Positions 59,805-64,000 of a DNA stretch of 64,000 nt are shown here, in pieces (within the stretch, counting starts at the first letter, position 1; each line of letters starts with the position of its first letter). This DNA is from Podarcis muralis (taxonomy: Eukaryota). The position numbers and the translations under genes were made by a program. The notes under the pieces are model-generated. The model worked only from the letters and a program-made list of their open reading frames with translations. It ran no database searches and was not told the origin of the DNA. The stretch spans positions 80,228,001 through 80,292,000 of the forward strand of contig NC_135655.1 in assembly GCF_964188315.1 (NCBI RefSeq), given 5' to 3'.

Positions 59805-61572
59805 ATGTTCGCGGAGCTGCTCTTCCAGGCTGCCTGTGTCTCTGTGTTCCTTCAAGGGGCCCAGGGGAGAGTCTACACAGGAAGGAGGAAACTTGCCAAC
59901 TTCGCCGTGGAGAGGTACCCACCCCCCATACCCATCTCTGTACAGGGGCAGCCAAGTCCCAGACCTCCCCCCCCCCACACATACGCACACCAAAACACAC
60001 ACAGCTACCTCCTGGAGCTTGGCTGCGGGACCTGGAGACCCCCCCTGATCTGGGCCCAAGAGGGGGTTGTTTGTTTGTATCATGTGTAGAGAGAGAGAGC
60101 GATTCCTGCCTGAAGGAGTATTTTGCTTCCCTCAAGGTGCCCATCATCTCTTTCTTACCTATTTTCTCTTCTGAAGGCTGCAGTGCAGTTGATCTGCCCC
60201 CCTCATACTTTTGCCCCCATCATCTATAAAATTCATGATGTGCCTGAATAGAAGCATAATTCCACGAATTTACTTCTGAACAAAGTTCAGCTTGCACAAC
60301 CAATGAAGTTGGGATGAAAGGTCGACTGACTGACTGACTGAGGGACTGCATGGATAGGGCAACGGTGCACCCAAAGTCCTAGTTTGTCTTTTCTTTTTCT
60401 TTCAAATGTGGGCTGGTATATATTCTGTGCACCATCACTGACTGACCACCTCTCAGCAGTTGCAGCTTTGCATGCCTGGGAAACCCGGAGTGGCAGGCAA
60501 AACTGGAATGTGTACTTGTGGGGAACAATTTAGAGAGACAACCTGCATCAGTACAGATGAGAGAAAGGTGCTGGGGGTGGAAAGTACCCAACCATTTGCA
60601 GAGTGAATGTGTGTCTTAGCCCAGAAGGCTGTATACACACTGTTCCTTTAAAGCACATTTGAAGCACATTCTTTCCCTCAAAGAATTATGGGCACTGTAA
60701 TTTACCCTCCACAGAGATACTATGTCCAGCACCCCCCAAACTACAGTGCCCAGAATTCTTTGAGAGGGGAGGAAGTGCTTTGAATGTGCTACCACTGTAT
60801 AGTGTATATGTTTATCATTACGTTCAGAGTGGTTTCTGTACCTGTGTTTCCACATATCCTGGGCACAGCTTTCTCTCTATGGGTTCATTCAGGCTTCCTT
60901 TCGTGTCTAGGTACAAGTCTGAGTGATGTTCATGTTTTTGTCCAGGCACTTTCCCTGGGAAAGCCCACATTTTAGAACTGAATCTAAGCAAATGGCAATT
61001 TGGTTCTTCCACGGACAAAAGAAAACCGCTCAGAAACAGAGCTTTAAAGTGTGGACCTGCGCAAAAGGACGTGTGGCTGAGACCTATGTGCCACTGTTCC
61101 ATCTACTCCTTTTCTTCCCATGTACTTATTTTGGACACTGTGGTTTGTTAAGCATTGCTGGGTATTGTAACTCTGTGAGGGGTAAACTACAACACAACAG
61201 TGCCTGGAATCCTTTGATCACCACATATTTAAAGCACATTGCTTCCCTCAAAAAAACAACTACCTTTGTTGCTAAGGCTCCTGGGAACTGTAGCTCTGTG
61301 AGGGGTAAAACTACAGTTCCCAGGATTCTGGGATGTGACCACTGGCAGCCTGAGCATACTGCTAATCTTAGCCCTCCATAAGCAGGAGGCATGTTTCTCA
61401 GTCCTCAAAACAGTGCAGCTTGGAAAGTTACTTTTCACTCCTGGAAATGTCTCAGACCGTCTCTTTCCTATTCCTAGACGTCGCATCGGACCACATGTTT
61501 GCCTCTCTGGTTTTGGAAGCGGATGCTGCCCTGGGTGGATACCATCTCCAGGCAGCGGACAGTGCACCATGC
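59805..61572 (+). CDS. VWCE: von Willebrand factor C and EGF domain protein, coding exons 1-2 (partial; continues beyond the window); join(59805..59914,61478..61572)
   Basis: Signal peptide [21 protein letters not shown], then [47 protein letters not shown], matching the VWCE N-terminus. GT-AG junctions are in phase, and the gene lies downstream of DDB1 as in mammals. Confidence 0.9.
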
Positions 61573-61644
61573 GTAAGTACCTGGAGTTCTTTGGAAGACA
61601 TCAACTCTGTATTGTTGCTAAATCTCATTAGTGAACTGAAGAAT

Positions 61645-62260
61645 CTGAATATTGGAAGATTCAAGGCAAGACAAATTGCTTCTTCACACAGTGTACAATT
61701 AAACAATGGAATTTGCTCCCACAAAATGTGATGATGGCCACCAAATTAGGGCTCATCCATACTCCTGTTTGTGCCACAATTTCTAGGCACAGGTCTGAAA
61801 GTGCCCCCCATCCCGCTGTTTCCCTGGAAAAACCTACTGTTTACAGCTGAATCCATGGGAAATCTGATTGACATTTGTTCCAATGCAGCAGTAAACAGTG
61901 TGTGTGTGTGGGGGGGGGTTTCCGAGGAAAGTGGCCGGACAAAAAAAAGAATACTTTTGACTCCTTGCGTAGAAATTGTGGCACAAATAGGAGTGTGCCC
62001 TTGGTGGTGTTTAGAAAGGAATTAGACAAATTCATGGAGGATAAGGCTTACTAGCTTCGATGGCTATGTTCTGGAAGCATGGCTATGCTCTTTTGGAGGC
62101 AGTACGCTTCCGAGTACCAGTTGCTGGGAATCACAAGTGGAAAGAGTACCATTGCACTCAGGTTCTCTTTGTGGGCTTCCCACAAATACCTTGGTTGACC
62201 ACTGTGAGGACAGCATGCCTGACTAGATGGGCCCTGAACCAGCAGGGCTCTTCTTAGGTT
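61645..62260 (+). mobile_element. CR1 LINE 3' fragment, in two pieces (about 61645-61750 and 62009-62260)
   Basis: Decayed ORF2 end (TTCTTCACACAG...TGGAATTTGCTCCCACAA...GTGATGATGGCC; TTAGACAAATTCATGGAGGA) followed by a 3' UTR ending CCAGCAGGGCTCTTCTTA. Confidence 0.65.
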
Positions 62261-62398
62261 GTCAGTTTAGTGTCAGATACTAGGTATACAGCTTTTTAAT
62301 TAGTTTCAGCAGTCCATTTGCTCATGCAATTTTGTGAACTGAGGTGGGCTGTAGGGGGATAAGGCAGCTCAGTCATAATTTCCAGCACTTCAGCAAAC

Positions 62399-62564
62399 TA
62401 GGAACATAGGAAGCCACTTGATACCAAACACCTGCACTAGCAGGCAATGGCCCACCAAGATTTCAGACAGGAGTCTCTCCAGCCCTAACTAGCTGGAGAT
62501 GCCAAGAATTGAAACTGGGGCATTCTGCAGGCCAAGCAGATGCTCTTATACCCAAGTTATAGCC
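62399..62564 (-). mobile_element. Squam3-type SINE, decayed
   Basis: TAGGAACATAGGAAGC tail and CTGGAGATGCCAAGAATTGAAACTGGG...AAGCAGATGCTC head on the reverse strand. Confidence 0.6.
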
Positions 62565-64000
62565 TTCCTAGGATTGTTTAGGGGAGGCCACCACTGTTAA
62601 GGTGTTGCATAAAACCAATATAGATGTGCTGCAACGGTCAAAAAGCTTTCAGGGTGGTACGCAAGTGGGTCACGTAGCATCATGCACAGTGCTGCGCACC
62701 TCGACACAGTAGACATTTCTAGTGTACATGCTGCTACAGCACCCCATTTTGCAAAGGTTGATTTCCCTAGTCTAGCAGCGCTGGCCCCATGTGCTGTGCC
62801 AATGTGGCGTCCTGCTGAATGTGCTCATAGCAGTGGTGCTCCCTGGCTTAGCTGCTTATTTGCTCGCATGACGACACGTAAGGTCCAGCTGCTGGGTCCT
62901 TAGCGGGTTACTACCAGCTGCTCTCGTTCATTTCTGGCATCTGGCAATTGGAGATGAGAACATGCTACTCACTAACTGTTTTTGTTAGATGTCACTGTTG
63001 GCAAGTGCTGCCAAGTCCAGCCCTAAAAGGAGGGGGTGGGGGCTTCTCTTACCTCCTGCAGAGCAGGCAGCAAGGCTGATGTCACAATGCCCATGCAGAC
63101 AGCATGGAAGGAAAAGAGATCATTTTTTTGTCGCAGGGTGAGGGGATGGAGTGGTGTTTGATAGAAGTCACCCAAATGGCAGCTGGGATTTTCATGCAAC
63201 AATGAATACAGGCAGCTAGACTGGGCAACTCCTGAATGGGCTGGGAGTTGTAGTTCTGTAAGGAATCAGTGGGCTCTACCTGAGCATTTTCGGTATGCTC
63301 GCAAAACCACAGGTGGCAAGCAAGGAGCTAGGATACTTGCATTAGTTTAAAACTGGCAAATGGCGGTAGGGTGGAAGTGCCTATGGAATAAAAAGAAGAT
63401 GATGTTTTATTTTTAAAAAGGGCAGTGAATGCTTCAATCCTGTCCTCACTTCCATACCATTGCATACAGTGGGAATTCTTTTTGCATAAATATACACGGG
63501 ATTTTATTTCTTCTAGATACAGGGAGCGTCATTAACATCCATTTCTTGGCAGCAAACATTTGTAGTACCTACTGATTAGATTGTGGGTTTTTTTAAATGA
63601 TCAAATGAGGGTGCTTTCACACTGTTGATGGAGCATTCATCGTGATTTGTTTGCAGGGAGAATAGAATGTGCTGGCTGCTTAATGAGAATTAATTATTAT
63701 TTCTTTGGAGGGTGGCTAGATGATGTTGCCTCCAAGCGTTATCCCACATTTTCCACCCCAAAATAGCGATGGCCTGAAAGCATCTTAGTGCCTCCTCCCC
63801 ATCTAACTCATTCATTTATCTTTAAAGTTCTTCCAAAAAATCCCTTTCCTTACCTGTAATTCTGCTCTGATCTATTGCTAGCTCTCTTAACTGGGCTCCT
63901 TCCTGCTTGGCATGAGAGTGGTTTTCTTCTGCTGCACTGTGGTGGGGTAGAGTGGTGGTGGGATTAAGATCCTAATTTTTTGTCTTTGTTAACTGGTGCT

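Noticed and set aside
59064-60229. Cluster of 110-180 aa ORFs on both strands
   Set aside because: GC-rich VWCE promoter, exon 1 and intron 1; only 59805-59914 matches a known protein.
61573-64000. Search for VWCE exon 3 (Cys-rich EGF-like segment)
   Set aside because: No matching spliceable segment found; it is presumed to lie beyond the window.

Overview
Eukaryotic, intron-rich vertebrate DNA. The Sauria- and Squam-type SINEs point to a squamate, most likely a lacertid lizard (inference). The window holds the amniote syntenic block (TMEM138)-CYB561A3-TKFC-DDB1-VWCE. CYB561A3 (+, 5 coding exons, 243 aa), TKFC (-, 17 coding exons, 580 aa) and DDB1 (+, 27 coding exons, 1140 aa) were reconstructed exon by exon. 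The first two coding exons of VWCE (+) are present, and a probable non-coding first exon of TMEM138 (-) lies at the left edge, supported only by synteny and motifs. There are two head-to-head CpG-island promoter regions. Introns and intergenic DNA carry many MITEs, SINEs and LINE tails. The strongest observations are: (1) a U12-type AT-AC intron in DDB1 containing two nested solo LTRs, each with its own 5-bp TSD, with a 109-codon stop-free frame starting at the edge of the inner LTR; (2) an in-frame tandem 3' splice site that would delete the C-terminal dileucine of CYB561A3; (3) a perfect CLEAR box and a perfect RFX X-box in the TMEM138/CYB561A3 promoter region; (4) a TKFC 3' end that abuts an antisense L2 element. 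I found no prokaryotic-type system (CRISPR, operon) and no convincing novel protein-coding gene. All coordinates were counted by hand; boundaries of old repeats are approximate.
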